Assembly (NCBI RefSeq): GCF_964355755.1
Contig: NC_092670.1
Coordinates: 7,988,201-8,052,200, forward strand
From: Antedon mediterranea
Taxonomy: Eukaryota > Animalia > Echinodermata
Length of the DNA stretch: 64,000 bases
Reading direction: 5' to 3'
Position 1 is the first letter of the stretch. Each line of letters begins with the position of its first letter. The notes below the pieces were generated by a model that was not told the DNA's origin, searched no databases, and saw only the letters and a program-made list of their open reading frames with translations. The translations under genes were made by a program, and so were the position numbers. Below, in pieces: positions 13,101 through 28,200 of this stretch.

Positions 13101-14312
13101 TGAGTTTTGCGGAAAACAAGTTTTTATTTTCCTTTATCAATCTTGAATTTTCTTCTCTTAATCTTTCATTTTGTTGCTTGTATTCATCTTTAAACCGGAT
13201 CATTTCCACATGGTTTTCAGCAAGTTCATTAAACCGTGTTTCCAGCAAAGTGTTCCTTTTAAGTTCTGTGTCAATCATTTTTTGTGCTCGTTCCCGGAAA
13301 AGTTCCATTTCTGTGTTTACCCTTTCAAGCGTTTTTGATCGCACTAGAGCTTCGTCAGCTCTTTTCTTCAAGATGCATATTAGTTGGCTCTGTTCGTCAA
13401 TTCTTGATCGGAGCATTGCATTTTCAGACTTGTCATCACTGGAAAGACTTTTCAGCTTTTCCAGGCTTAGTCTCATGTCATCAACATCCTGAAAAAGAAG
13501 TGCAGACTCATCTAATCATCCATTAATAAATAACATATTAGATATATATAATAAAGTCTAGGCCTAGGCCTAGCCTTTTTTAGGCCTTTATTTACCCTTT
13601 AGCCAGGATAGCCAGCAAATGCAAGCTATTTATTTCAATAAATGAGGCCTAGGCCTAGCTAGGCTAGGCCTATAGGCCCCTACTGTAGCTAGTACACTAG
13701 CCTAGCAACTGTAACTGTAAGTCCTCTACTCTACTGGCTTACCAGGCCAGGACCAGCATTTAAGCCTCTATGCTACTCACATAAACAAGGCTTACTAGTA
13801 ACCCTACCTAGCCTACTAGGCCTAGGCCCTAGGCCTAGTTAGGCTTTAGGCCTAGCTAGTAAGGTCACTCCCCAGCCACCAGGCAGGCTACCTGCCTGTC
13901 CTACCTAGCCTAGGCTAGGCCAGGGAACATTTTCGCCAGTGTAGCGTAGCAAAAAGCTATACAAAACAACCTTATTGCTACACATTTTGAAAATTGTGTA
14001 GCAAAAAATACAATACAAAACTATGTTTCTCGACTTAAAAATCAGTTTGATTAGCAATATTGCTAAACAAAATTTTTTAATGAAAATTTTCCCTGTAGGC
14101 TAGCTACTACTAGGCCTAGCTAGGCCCTAGCCTAGGCCTAGGCTAGGCCTAGGCCTAAGTTAGGCCAACCTAGGCCTAGCCTAGCTACACAGCAATACCT
14201 ACCTCCCTGCCTGTCACATAAAAGTAAATCTAAAATAAAGTAAAATCAGACATACCTGCTTGCTCTCGGAAACCAAATTACTTACATTCTTGGATGATTT
14301 GGGGGAAGACAT
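10116..14312 (-). CDS. CCDC89: Coiled-coil domain-containing protein 89, 7 exons, ~349 aa
   Basis: Exons 14256-14312, 13016-13488, 12655-12773, 11993-12129, 11672-11754, 10479-10572, 10116-10202; all GT-AG with consistent phases (1050 nt). Motifs LRSRIDEQSQLICILKKRADE, RFNELAENHVEMIRFKDEYK and C-terminal EYEAFRNH...KERQLNSQLRNL match CCDC89. Confidence 0.88.
13921..14095. mobile_element. Small hAT-like MITE in CCDC89 intron 1
   Basis: TIRs CAGGGAACATTTTC and GAAAATTTTCCCTG (14 bp, 1 mismatch) with internal GTAGCAA/TTGCTA repeats; no clean 8-bp TSD. Confidence 0.6.
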
Positions 14313-15369
14313 GATTGTTACCACAGTTATCTGAATGAAAGAAGACTGTTTACAGTTTCTAAGGACCAACTCCGTATGGCGCGCTATCAGTGCATTTTTA
14401 ATTGTTTGTTGAGAATAGCAAATACAGAAATATTTTTTACCAAAAACATCAGTTAACAGTTAACTACATAGACAACAGAAAAAAACCTTAATTGCAATTC
14501 GCTATGTTTATATAATATTTTATTATAACAACAAGGATACACATCAAATATTTTTGCTTTGATTAAATGAAAAACATTGTTAAAAAAACATACTGATCAC
14601 ACAGGTTAAGACCTAATAAGTGTAAATTTTTCTAGGACTATCAGATTCCGATTAAAATAATTAATTCTTTTTTGTATGTTTAAAAACATAAAAGACCACA
14701 AAAGCAGTGCATGGATCACTTTCGGTACAAGCTGCATGCCTATTGCGTCAATAACACACTAGATATCTAAAATTAAAAGAAGGGCTAAAATCTTTTAAAA
14801 ATGACACAAACAAAAAAATTATAAAACTGATAATACTAAACAGTATACATACAATAAATATGATATTCACAATATTATACAAACGACCAATCAAAACATT
14901 ACATTATGATTATAGTTAATTCTCATACCATTTATGTAATTATCTACCTATATTATTGAAAATAAAAATAAAAGTAGGTGAGATTCTTGATTTACTTTTT
15001 AATAATATAAAAACTGTAAAATAAAACCCTACATTATTATATGTAAAATATACAAACATTTTATATAATTTAGAAATAATATCATTAATTTGATTACTGT
15101 ATTTAAATATTAACACTGTGTACAATATGTACAATACATAAAGTTAGATAAATAACTTTTAGTAAAAATAAACATAATAATAATACTATAAAATGTCAAT
15201 AAAAATAATGGACACGCTGGATCAGGACCAAGCAATACAATTTGGATCCAATCCTGGGAGCGGCCCGGAACCTAATCGTAAGTGTAAATGGGGTCTTAGT
15301 TAGTTGCAAAAAAAACACTTCAAGAAATAAAGATAAAACTTCAAACTTGTTTAATCTTTCCATTAAAAA

Positions 15370-15625
15370 GCATGAAAATGTTTTAACTTACATAATTGAT
15401 GTATGTACTTACAAGAGCATTTTTAAACCTACCTGAAATGCCTTACATACAAAATGTTTAAACTTACATGAGTTTTTATACATACATGAATTGTTGACTT
15501 ACATCATGAGAATGTTTAAACTTACATGAGAATTTTTATACATAAAATGTCTTCACTTACATGAGAATGTTTAAACTTACATGATCATTTTTTACTTACT
15601 GTCATTAATATTTTTATACATGAGA
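15370..15625. repeat. Degenerate ~20-21 bp minisatellite downstream of the ATG9A stop
   Basis: Repeated AATGTTTAAACTTACATGAG-like units. Confidence 0.7.
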
Positions 15626-16214
15626 AATTGAACATGGCCTATCTTTTGGAACAAAGCTAAAATAATAATACCCTTTAGTATAATTTCTATTGCAGCTAAA
15701 CTAAAGTGTAGACTACATGTTATGTTTAGGTGCGAGTACTATAAATGATAAAATAAAGTTCCTCATCAGGCACTGCACCAACTTTGTTTGTAAACGGTGA
15801 CACTATCTACATGCTGTATATTACTGCCTATCAAACTCTGGAGTTTAACACAAATATCATAACACTGCAGATTAACTACCACACTAAAATATCAACAAAA
15901 TTTATTATTATTTTATCATTTATAGTATTAAAATGAAATTATTAAAACTTATTCTCTTAGATAGTTTAGAAAATTATTATACAAAAATTATGACTATAAT
16001 TACCCACATAATAAAAATCTACTAAATACTGTATAAATCAATGATATCCTAAATAAAAATTATACTTTTATTTTTTTCTTTTATATTTATTCAATCAGCA
16101 TATAAATACACAAACATTCCATGATAAATATTACCATACATGATAATAAAGCAGTAATTTCATGTGCAAATTATTAAAAATATGATATTAATTGCAGGAT
16201 AAGAAGCTTAACAA

Positions 16215-19200
16215 TTAGACTTTTTCATCCTGGGTATTGACTAGCAAGTTCTCATTTGCTATTGGTTCGTTGGATGTCGTAAGCGGCTTGGCTGGTGTCA
16301 TATCTTCTGATTCATCAGTCTTGTCACTGCCGTCCTGTTGAAACCAGTTAGGCTTTTGAACCTGGCTAGTATTTGGTGATAACACCCTGGATTCTGGTAT
16401 TGAAGTTATATTGCGGTCATGAAGCTGAAGAAACAAACAAAAACGAAGACATAAATTTTAATTTAAAGTTTTCAGTACAAAACGAAAATGAAGATGGCTA
16501 GTAGTTTTAAATTGGCATCAGTAACAGAAAAATTATTACATGGAATTTTGAAAAGGACAAACAAAGCTGGCAAAAGAAAACATCTTCTTCACTAAAGCAT
16601 GATCTCATTTGATGGAATAGATATTAACAAAACCCAGGCAACGTCAACATATATACTCTGTGCCTCTCAAAGCTTTTAAAACATTTAAGGTAAATTTACA
16701 CAATCCCAGTAATGGTAAGCAGTAAACAGTAAGGGAAAACAAAAATATAATCTTTACACAAAACACAGAGCTGACAGGTGGTTCAGTGGCAAGATAGTTT
16801 TCTATCACAATCGATACAAACCATCACATGTATCAAATACAATCACCTTGGATAAGATGTTCATAAAATGTCATTCTTAAAAAGATAACGTTCCATTTTC
16901 GGCCCAGATAAATATACTCAATACTGACAAAGTTGATCAAATAATTTAGTAAACAATACATAATTTTAAACTTAAATTTGTACTGTACAGATAATTGTAA
17001 CTAGATGGTACGCTCGCTTCGCTCGTGTACCATCTAGGTCGTGCCCACAGATGGTTCTCGAATACATAGTAATTTCAGCGTAACAAAACTGGCGATTTCA
17101 AATGTACGTACCGCAGGACTATAATACATTGTCGTTTACAGAAACGAATAAATAGACACGATGATTTATGTAGTCAACTAAAATTAGCACCCTGGGAATT
17201 ACTCCCGAAGGAGAAACTTATCACAAAATTAGTCCAAATTTTTGATTTGGACTCATTTAAAGAAACCCAATTTGTGTTTTGTATGTAACATTAAGGTTGA
17301 GGGACGGGAAAGCGGATAGGTACAAAGAGGAACAATTTTTAAATATATTCTTTATCCACTCAGTAAATATTTTTTTCATGTTTTATAGGCCTATAAATTA
17401 TATACCTCTAAATACAGTAAAACATTTGCGATATAATACTTTGTTAAAACTTTCACTGTCATAATCGATTGAATCAAGTGAGGACCAAAAATAGTTAATA
17501 GGTATTTACAGTATTTTTCAAAGTATTGCAAGTTTATTCTCAAAGGGACCATATATTTACCTACCGTATGTGTTAAACCAAGGGCTCATAAATTTACCTA
17601 CTTGTGTTAAACCAAACTCTGGCAGACTGAGAGATTGGGATGTTCCATTCATCGCAAATCAATACATTTGTATAATCGTATATTAAATCTATCAAAATAG
17701 TATTTTTTTAAGAAAATCGGCCTGTCTTCAACATTATGATGCTGTACTCTAGCTGTTCAACCGGTTTTCAGCTATTAAAAACAATTATCGTAGGAGGAGA
17801 TAGGAAAATGCGAAGCCTCCTTGCATTTTTGTGGCGGGTATTTTTTAAGATGGACATCCATTAGACAGTGTATACCACGATCGGAAAACACCCCTATTTG
17901 GGGCAAATCGTTGAACCTAAATTCGTTTTAATCGTCAATAACTAATTATCTAACTTAATTTAATTAGTAAACAGGGTTACATCAGGTGGTTAAAATCAGT
18001 ACCGAAAGTACGAACCAACTTTATATACCATCGAGTAAACATTCTAGAAGTAAGGCGCGATTTACCGAATTTTGCCCTTACGTAAATTTATATATAGATT
18101 ATTAGGATTTTCATTTTGTAATGCAAAAAATACAATACATATTTACCTGATGCATGTACATTGCACTGAAATTCATATCAAGTGTTTGGAAATTATCAGA
18201 GGCTGAGCTTGTTCCGGCTGTAGGCTGGGGAATCTGTAGGCTACCTGAGCCACCTATACTTCCTTGTAGATGTCCTGTACTTTGAATACTGTAAAAAGAA
18301 TCATACAAATTTGTCTTATAGACATAGACATATATATACTTTAGTTGTCAAAAGATATTAAAATACTTAATCAAAAGAAAAACATTTAATACATTTAAAT
18401 ACAACAAAAACAAAATATTGCAACATTTAATATACCGCCCTTTTTTCCAGTATGTACCAGAAATGAGCTGGTATTTATATAGGAATTATTTTCAGCATAT
18501 CTCCATTCACATTTGACCGTCTTTCAAAGGATATATAGTTAGGATACACTACACAGTACCATACATTAAAACAACAAAAAATACTGTGCAAATGTCCATA
18601 CACGATGCATTGAATGAATATCAAATGTCATCCTCAGCACATAAAAATAGGGAAATATACTTTAATATCTACACAATATTACTAGTTCTCTAGGTTGTCT
18701 GATGTATGTTTCTCTTACAACAATGCCAAAATTAATATATATTAAACCATTAAAATAACATACCTGCTAAGTAAGCCTGAACTCTCCTCTGAAATAGGGC
18801 CTTCAATTGTGCTTATGCCTCCTTTAACCTTTGGTTTAGCCCCAGGCTGTGCTATTCTTACACTTGGAAAAAAGGAAAGTGGTGGCTGGCCAAGTGGGGT
18901 CTGTACCCCTGCTGGCAATTGCTGCTGAACAGCTAAACTGCTTAGGATACTATTGTACTGAAAATACAATTTTTATATGATTATTTATTTATTATCTATA
19001 TAAATAATAATTCTATAATATGGGGTTCTTACACACAGCTATTATGTTTAAGAGTTTGATTCTAGAGTGTCACATGTCAGTAAAGTGTCCAATCATACAT
19101 ACCCCTTCAATAGATGTAATTGAATGAATAGACGTTGCCAATGCTGTGTTCTGGGCATCCAGAGTACTCATTAACTGCATGTCTTGATGAGCTACAACAC

Positions 19201-22200
19201 ACAAATAATAACAAAATACTGGATAAATAATAAATAGAATCAAAAGCTGGGGATAGGAACAGCTCAATTTGATCTTTTTTTTTATTTTAAACTACTATGT
19301 CCATACACATTCTACACTGTTTGAAAAACCACCCCTTGACTTAATAAAGTCTGTTACCCCTGACCTCTTGCAATTTTTGTTCACCACTTAACCTAATCAT
19401 ATTCTTGCCATTCGCCCTGTGACCACTTAACCTAATCAAACTCTTGCCATTCGCTCTGTGACCCCTGACCTCTCCAAATTTTATCTGTCACCCTTTGACC
19501 TTTCATTGATGTACCTTACCTTGATCCTTAAGAGCACCAATGAATTTACTACTCTGCTGCGGTGGTTTCCACTTTGGATTTGTCATCTATAAGTAAATCG
19601 AAAAATCATCAAATTTTGGTTTAAATCTTTTTCAAAAGGGTAAGAATTGTAATTGCAATTATTTTTTTAGTTATAAGAATATGCTAACCACGCTTTTTCG
19701 TCATTTGACAGCTAACCAAGTCACTGTAGAGGTACTGTAGCTTAGTGGTTTAACTGGCTTACTGATCCCAGATCCTTAGTTCAAATATAAAGCTCCGTCA
19801 CTATCAAATTTTATGTAACAAAAAAATGTGATGGGCCCATTATATGCACACGATGATGTCCTATTACTACCATATTTAGGAACATCACAATTGTTTGTCA
19901 AACTAGTTTGATAGTGTAGACAGAGCTTAATAGAGCACTGCCTAATAGTATGTCTCACATAATATTTAGAGTCCAATATTTAGAGTTGGATTGTTACCTA
20001 TGTCATGTGCTTGTTGCTTGTTGTGTCAAAATACATTTTAAAACTACATTATTTGGCTAATTTATATATTCAATGTGAACTTACAGTGAAATGCATGAGT
20101 GACAGTTCAGTCTTGCCATCTTCTGCTTGTTGATATTGACTTGATTCTGTCTTTCCTTCAGACATCCACTGAAAGCAAAATTAAAAAATATAAAGTCGTA
20201 AGATGGTTTCTCGAATGTTCGTAAAATCAAAGCGGTACTGGGTATGACCAACTAGCATTCTTGTTACCAACTAGCCATTCATTCATAGAAGTACTGCGGT
20301 AGCAGCCTATCTGTACGGCGACTATATAATGGACCCGAGACATGACTAACCACGACTTTTAGTTCAAAGAAGATAGAATGTTGCTATGAAGAGTTGTATG
20401 TAGAATTATTGTTTGAATTTACACTGAAAGCAAAATCAAAACATTTAAAGTACTAGTAGAATATTAATATTTAGTCAGCATTAGCTTATACGCTTGAAAA
20501 TAAGAGGAAAATAACTGTACCAAAAGTAATATAAAGTACCAGCAGGAAAACTAATATTTGTTGGACATATACACTTGAAATTAGGTGGAAAATAACTGTA
20601 CCTTTGCATTTCCATGTCTTCTAACATCCATCTCAGCAAAAGAACACACATCTCCAACACCTACTACATCTACTGTAAAGTTATGGTAGAAATCAACAAT
20701 ATCCAAGGCTCTCTTTCTCACACTGAAGCATAATATGAATGGTGTTACAATTGGACTTACAAGTTCCTCTAGATAGTATACCTGTATTAATAAAAATGGA
20801 AAATGATTAATATTAGAACGTCATTAAAGACAATTAAATATAAACCATTCTATAAACCAAGCAAATATGCACATAATTATGATACACAGTAGAAAATCTA
20901 TACATAAAAATATGGGTGTTCCAAAGTAGAGTGAGTGGACAAGCAGTTAAGACAGTGGAACTGTAATACATAATCAGCCACAGTTTGGGGCACACTTGCT
21001 TAATGGTTCTCTGGTGGTAGAACTGATTACATACTTTACTGCCTTATACCTTATGTATTCAGCACTTTTGTACATCAGCTGGATAAAGTCAAACAAACGA
21101 ATTGTACTTACAAATTTATATTGAAAAAGTTGCGAGAATTCATTACGGACTCTTGACGTGTGAGCATTGCCTTTCCAATTGTCTGGCATGTAATGAATCT
21201 GAGCTAGGATACTTTGTATCAATGTTTCTGGACACCAAATCATGTTCTTGAAAAAAAAATAATAAATTGCTTGTTCAGAGCTAATGATTGTGACATCCTA
21301 TATTCAAAAGATGCTGTTTGTTTAAGAGACAAGAACTTTGCAAAATCACTAGCATACAAAGTTTGTTTGTTTGTTTGATATCAAATTCTGATTTATTTTA
21401 CAAACACCACAATTTCTACAGTACAAACGAACCTGACAAATGTTTAAGTCCACTATATACTAACATCACATAAAAATGAGAGTAATGGAAGATGTCAATA
21501 ACTTAAACAGGTGGACAACCTTTAGATAAATTGGGAAAAGATACAGAAAGTCACACAAAGTAAAGTAATAGTTTTATAAACATTCTTACCTCATCAGGTA
21601 TGAAAGTTCTGCAGACAGTTACAACCAAACCTAAGCATAACAGAAATGTGAGATAAGAATTGAACAAAACCAGATTTACTAGACTAAAGTTAAAAATTGA
21701 TCAGCTAAACGATCATACTAACTAGGATGCCTTATAGGATGATACAGCTAGGAATGGAATATAATATGTAATCTGTCTTTGGAATTTCTAAAGTGGAATT
21801 TTCAATGCAGATTATTTTTATCTGTAATAAATTCACTGATTTAATTGCTATATGTAATTAATTGTTGAATTGTAATTGCATTTACCAAGTAATGTCATTA
21901 GTGTTAGTACATGTTCCACAGTTAATACATCTTCATCATAAACTGTGAGAATAATTAAAACTGCTAAAATAGATCCAGCGAAAAATGCCAAATTCCTGCA
22001 AAGAAAAAGATAAAATAAATAATTAGACATTCATAATTGATATTCATAATTTCTTTTATAATGTGGAGCTTTCAATTTATGACAATCAACAGGAACCTAT
22101 AAACTTACTGTGCAATAACTGTTAGTATACTGGACATAAATGCATTCAAGTATTTAGTAGCTGGTTTGTAACCACGATTTAACCTGAAAAAAAAAATAGT

Positions 22201-25200
22201 TAAAAAAAAGTAATGAGGACTTGCAGTGTAAATTTCTTTCTGGATGTTTTACTTTAATCTTTTGATTTAAGTTTTTTGCTTATTTTATTTGTATTTCTAT
22301 TGAGATCCAGCTACTGATACATACAGCATTGTCATTTTTCAATTTTCTATTGATTTACAAATCAAGTAATGATGATATGTGCAGTCAATATTATTGTATG
22401 CTGATGGTAGTGCTGGTGATGGAAGTGGTAACAATGATGATAGGGTGAAAGCTAATAATGCTTGAGACTAGTGTTAGTAGCAAACTAGTGTTTGCAAACT
22501 CTGAGTTAGCCACAGTTTGGAAAAGGTTGTGTTTACTGTAGGCCATTCATCCAAGGCAATCCAACAACAGGATGCTGAGCTTGCCTTGCCAAGTTAGAAA
22601 CTCGTAACAGTCCTTTAAACTTATGTCTGGCTGAGACAAATATCAATAGTACTGTACTATATACATATTCTATGCACTGTGTCTGTTAACCAAACATTTG
22701 AGGAAGCCAATTGGCCAATTGAAATCCAGTCACAAATTTAGGGGGCTTGAAAATGATCAAATCCTTTGATCTCCAGAGCTCAGCATTCTGTCATTAGATT
22801 GCTTTGGTCCATCTGAGGTGCACATAACTACACTTCTCACTGGAAAACTCAAAGTTTGCAAACAAAGGTCTGCTAGGTATAAAACTTTATAACCGATTCA
22901 CAAGTGTATACCAACCTAGCTTGGTATTCATGGTCCAACTCATTGAAATGTCTCAAGTAAAGTCTACCATATGATGACCTGCAATTGTAAGTAAAAGTTT
23001 AAGTCAACAATACATAATACTTTATGTCACCCATATACACATGAAATACTCTAGACAAACAAAGTATTTTCTTTGATTTGATGTGCACTAAACATGGAAA
23101 TTCCAAACCATGAAGGTAGCACCATAAACATGTAAAAATACTTAGTATATCCTATGTGTTTCTTCAAATAACAAATTTAGGCCTAAATACAGGTCAAATT
23201 AGCAATTGAAATTATGCTACCCATCTCTTGTATGATCAACAGTGAAAACTCATGAGGTAGATTTTGCTATGCACACATGACATCACAGCAATTTACGGTG
23301 ACGGCTGTACGAGGGCATGGCAAAATCACAAATTTTGCAATTTTTTTTTTTGTATTATTATGAATTCACGATTGATTGAATATGAAAAAGTTCACAAAAA
23401 ATAAGTTGATATGTAAGAAGAATATGATCTCATATCTTGGTTGTTTGCTTGATGAAGACCTGTCTGGAGAATCTATGGTTCAAAAAGTTCTTAGTAAGAC
23501 TAATTCAAGACTTAAATTTTTGTATAGACATTCTGCATGTCTAAATTTCTTTTCTCGTAAAATTCTATGTTCGGCACTGATCACTTGTCACTTTGACTAT
23601 GCATGTTGCTCCTGGTTTTCCGGTGTTTCTAAAAAACTTAAACAAAGACTCCAAACCAGTCAAAATAAAGTTGCTAGGTTTATATTAAATAAAAATAATC
23701 GTGCACATATTGGTAAAGACGAACTGAACCAAATCGGTCAATTATGTCTAGAGGATAGAATTTGCCAACTCAAACTTAATCATGTTCATAAGATTTTTTA
23801 TGGAAAATCAGTACCTTATTTGACTGAAAAGTTTCAAAGAGTTTCATCTAACCACCATTATATGACTAGAAGTAGTGTCAATGGTTTTTCAGTTCCTAAA
23901 TCTGATAGTCAGATATCTAAAACGTTTTATTATACAGGCATAAAGGCATGGAATAACCTACCTCATTCCATTCAACAAATAGAAAACAAATTTAATTTTA
24001 AGAAAAATGTTAAATCACATTTCTGTTCTACCAAATAATTTTATAAGTCAATCATAATCTTTAATTTAACTTGTTTTTTATATTATTGTTTTTGTAATAT
24101 TTACGTGTTTAATGCAATACTTTGTAATGTTTATATTTTTTATTTTAGATTGTAAAAGGATCCCAATGGAAATAAGCTGATAAGCTTTTTGGGCTATCCT
24201 GGAAAGTCTTTTATAAATGTATTATTTGTAATGTCCGTAATTTGTGTTATCACTTTGTATGTATTTTTTATGATGATTTTCCAAATAAATTCAAATCAAA
24301 TCAAATCAAATCACAAGAAACAAAAAATCATTTAATTAACTAATTAATACATTGTCAAAATATGGTTCTCGGTAAAGTTGTCCTTTAGTAAATTATTTCT
24401 TACCACTTTCTTGCACCGAGGAGTGCTGGATCTCTTTTTATCAGGTCCGCATAATGGAAAAATGAATACAAAACTTGCCATAGAAGAATAAATGGGCAGA
24501 GTACAAAGTTTGCAATGCCAATCCACAGAATGTGTTTAGATAATCTAATAAAAAGATAGATAACACAGATTAGTATGGTCACAGTTATCGAACATTTTTA
24601 AGTGTCAGTAAAATTTGTTCTAAGCAATGGTAATGCGACACCAATCTCGTGAAGCTCCATCATATGTATGAGAATGCTTAGGTCAGAACACAATACATCG
24701 TGAGAATCAAGATAAAATATGTTTGTCCGCACTGCACAATGTTTTAATTTTTGTCTAGTTTAAAGCTTTGTCTGCACTATCAAACTTTACTTTATGTGAC
24801 AACAAAATTTTATGTGCCCATAAATGGATATGATGATGTCATATCACTATCATATTTGGGCACATCACCACCATATCTAAACACATACACACTTTTGTTG
24901 TCAAACTAGTTTGATAGTGTAGACAGAGCTTATAACATTTATCAATACCGATCAAAGTTTCACTTACTCTTCTGCCAATTTTTCTCTGTTAGAAGATCGT
25001 TTAAACTCCTCACGCAAATGCCAATAATTCTTGAATGGCGCCCATGGTCCCCCTTGATAACAACAACAAAACTATCATTTATTAGCAAGAAAATATAATA
25101 TGAGCATTGTGCAAAGAAGAAAGAAAAAGCAAAATTCATAAATATTAAAATAGTAAATTTGTAATGGGGAGGCTTTGCATGAATTTTTAAAAGAAAAACA

Positions 25201-28200
25201 ATTATTAAAATACTTACAAAATAATATTATCTCAAGATTGTATTTCAGTCCATTAGACAGATATACACTGAAATAAATTACATTTTATTAATAAATTATA
25301 AACATGCTATTCACATAAAGATGCTCTTTCTTTTAAATACATAAACCAATGGGATGCATTATGGAATATATCTGTTTTCCATTACTCTATATTTATTCAT
25401 TCACAACTTGTTATTATTCAATCTTATAGCCTCTTGATTGACTCACTTCATTAATCTGATTGGCTCAATGCATAACTAATCTGATTGGCTCAATGCATAA
25501 CTAATCTGATTGACTCACTGATTGGATGTGACTATTTCATTTCATTCATTTTATTCATCAAAAAAACATAAAAATCACAAAACATGTCAAAGAAAGATAA
25601 AATGCTAAAAGATGAAAAGGATCAACAACAAAAACTAAAAGCTTGTACAAGGTTGAAGACCTAAAAAAACTAACAGCTAAAACTATAAAAGGATATATAA
25701 AATATATTAACATATAAAAAATAAAATAACAATGACATCGGCAGAATTTAAGATTTGTACTTATTAATTAGATTCAACTTATACAATTTTTTAAAAACAT
25801 TGATGGATTTTGCATTTTTAATAGTCATATCTAAGTTGTTCCAGACATGAGGACCCGAAACAGCAATACTATGACTTGTAGAAACTAGTCTTCAAAGAGG
25901 AGGTCGAAGTTTACATTTTCCTCTAGTATTGTACTTATGACCATTACCATCAGTAAAATTTTTAAGGTTTAAAAATCGTAAATCAGGATATTTCAATATT
26001 CGGAACATAAAAATGCCAATTTGGTAATTATGAATATCGTCAATTTTTAATACATTATGTATGTAGAAGAGAGGACTTGTTGGTGCACGGTAATCAGACC
26101 AAGTTATAGCTCGTATCGCTTTTTTCTGGAGTTTAACAAGTTTATCAGTATAAGAAGCATATGAATTAAACCAAATAATGTTACAATAGCTGATAAGAGG
26201 TTGCATAAGTGACTTATAGATTGAAAGGAGTGCACTTAAAGGAAGGTAGTGATGAATTTTGAAAAGTAAACTAACATATTTAGATATTTTTGAAGTAGTG
26301 AGATCAATATGTGTTTTAAAATTAACAAATTCGTCAACAAAGACTTCTAAAAACTTATAGTAATTTGTTTGGGATATAGATTTATCAGCAATTTTAATGG
26401 ATATATTATTAACATTAATTTTACTTCTTTTAGTTTAAAACTATTTTAAAACTCCCTCATTGGCTGACTATTTGTAACTCATTGGCGAACTCCTAAAAGG
26501 TTGCTAATATATTTATTTATGAATTAATAAATGTGGAAAAATATGTAATGTTTATTACTTAATAAAATAAGTGCATTATACTCACACTTCACCTAGAAAG
26601 GGAACTCTAAACTTAAGAGGTAATAGAGATTTATTAACCATAGCAACCATGTAATTCTTAAATCGCAAAATTCTGTGGTAGATATCTGTAAATAATAGAA
26701 ATAAAAGAAGAGTTATAAATAATTGGAACAAATATTTTAGATTATTTATCTGGTATTTAGATACTATTATAACGGTGGGTGTCAAAGACTTGGATGGAAA
26801 AAATAAAGATACTTGTTGGTATCCACAGTGTTCTTGGGTGGGTATGCTGAAATTAGGCAAAAAACAGTTACATCCATGGGTTTGTGTTTTAAATTAAATT
26901 ATAGTGACATTACATTAACAGACCCATGTGGGGGTCGAGGTTCCTATTTGTGTGAAGTTATGGGTTTGTGTTTATTGGTGTGAACATATTATTATCTGTA
27001 CTGGTGAGTGGGATCCTAAAAAAGACTTATCACTGACCTAACTCTGTTAAATCTTCTTTGTGTATACACATCCTCTGTTCAATTTGCACACGTTGCACTC
27101 TCTGAAGAACACTATGCCAAGTGTGATTTGGTAAATCATCCTACAATGTCAATTGAACAAATAATCTTTTTTAATTAAATAATTGATTAATATTCATACT
27201 GATATTGAACTCTCATTTCCACAAAAGTGAGTCATTATTTCTTGAAAAGAATTTATAGAATTATTAAAGTTTACGAGTCTTGGAATTACAGGCCAAGGCT
27301 ACTGTAACTCTAAGGTAATGTTTATTTGTAATAGTAATTGGAAGTACTGCTAATTTTAGTGCTGCTATTGCTATTTTTAGTGCTGCTATTGCTATATTTA
27401 GTGCTGCTATTGCTATTTTTAGCACTGATATTTCTATTTTTAGCACTGATATTTCTATTTTTAGTGCTGCTATTGCTATTTTTAGTGCTGCTATTGCTAT
27501 ATTTAGTGCTGATATTTCTATTTTTAGCACTGATATTTCTATTTTTAGCACTGATATTGCTATTTTTAGCACTGCTATTGCTATTTTTAGCACTGATATT
27601 TCTATTTTTAGCACTGATATTTCTATTTTTAGCACTGCTATTGCTATTTTTAGCACTGATATTGCTATTTTTGGTGCTGCTATTGTTATTAATAAAATGG
27701 TGTGAAAATAAACACTTGAGTACAAAAAATTAAACAAAAGAACTTACAGTTTGAATTTTGAGAGCAGTAAGAAAGAAGGAGCGTATTTCCCAATACTTCA
27801 ATGCATTGTAGACGACACGGGTGAAACGATGCAACCAAAAAATGATTGCTATTATTAAACTGATAACTAATACTGGATCTAAACTATAAAAAAAAAATTT
27901 AAAAAAAGATTTAACATGATAAACCTATATAAATAATATAAACATAAATGGTATTCATCACTGGATTTTCCAAGATATAGGCACATACTGTAATTATTAA
28001 TGTTAATCTAAATATTCTAAAATGAATATGAACATCAACAGAGACCAGGGAGGACATGAACTGAGCCACATCTACGATGACTTAATAAAAAGGGACACCC
28101 GAGCATCCAAAGGGGGACACCAGCAGAAAGCTGAACATCAGACGAGAGATGGCGCAATTCACCGAACTATGACGAATGACAGAACATCATGTCAACGTCA

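Noticed and set aside
13100-13526. Plus-strand ORFs overlapping the large CCDC89 exon
   Set aside because: Antisense shadows of a coiled-coil coding exon.
27264-27737. Hydrophobic repeat proteins on both strands
   Set aside because: Translations of a 21-bp intronic minisatellite.
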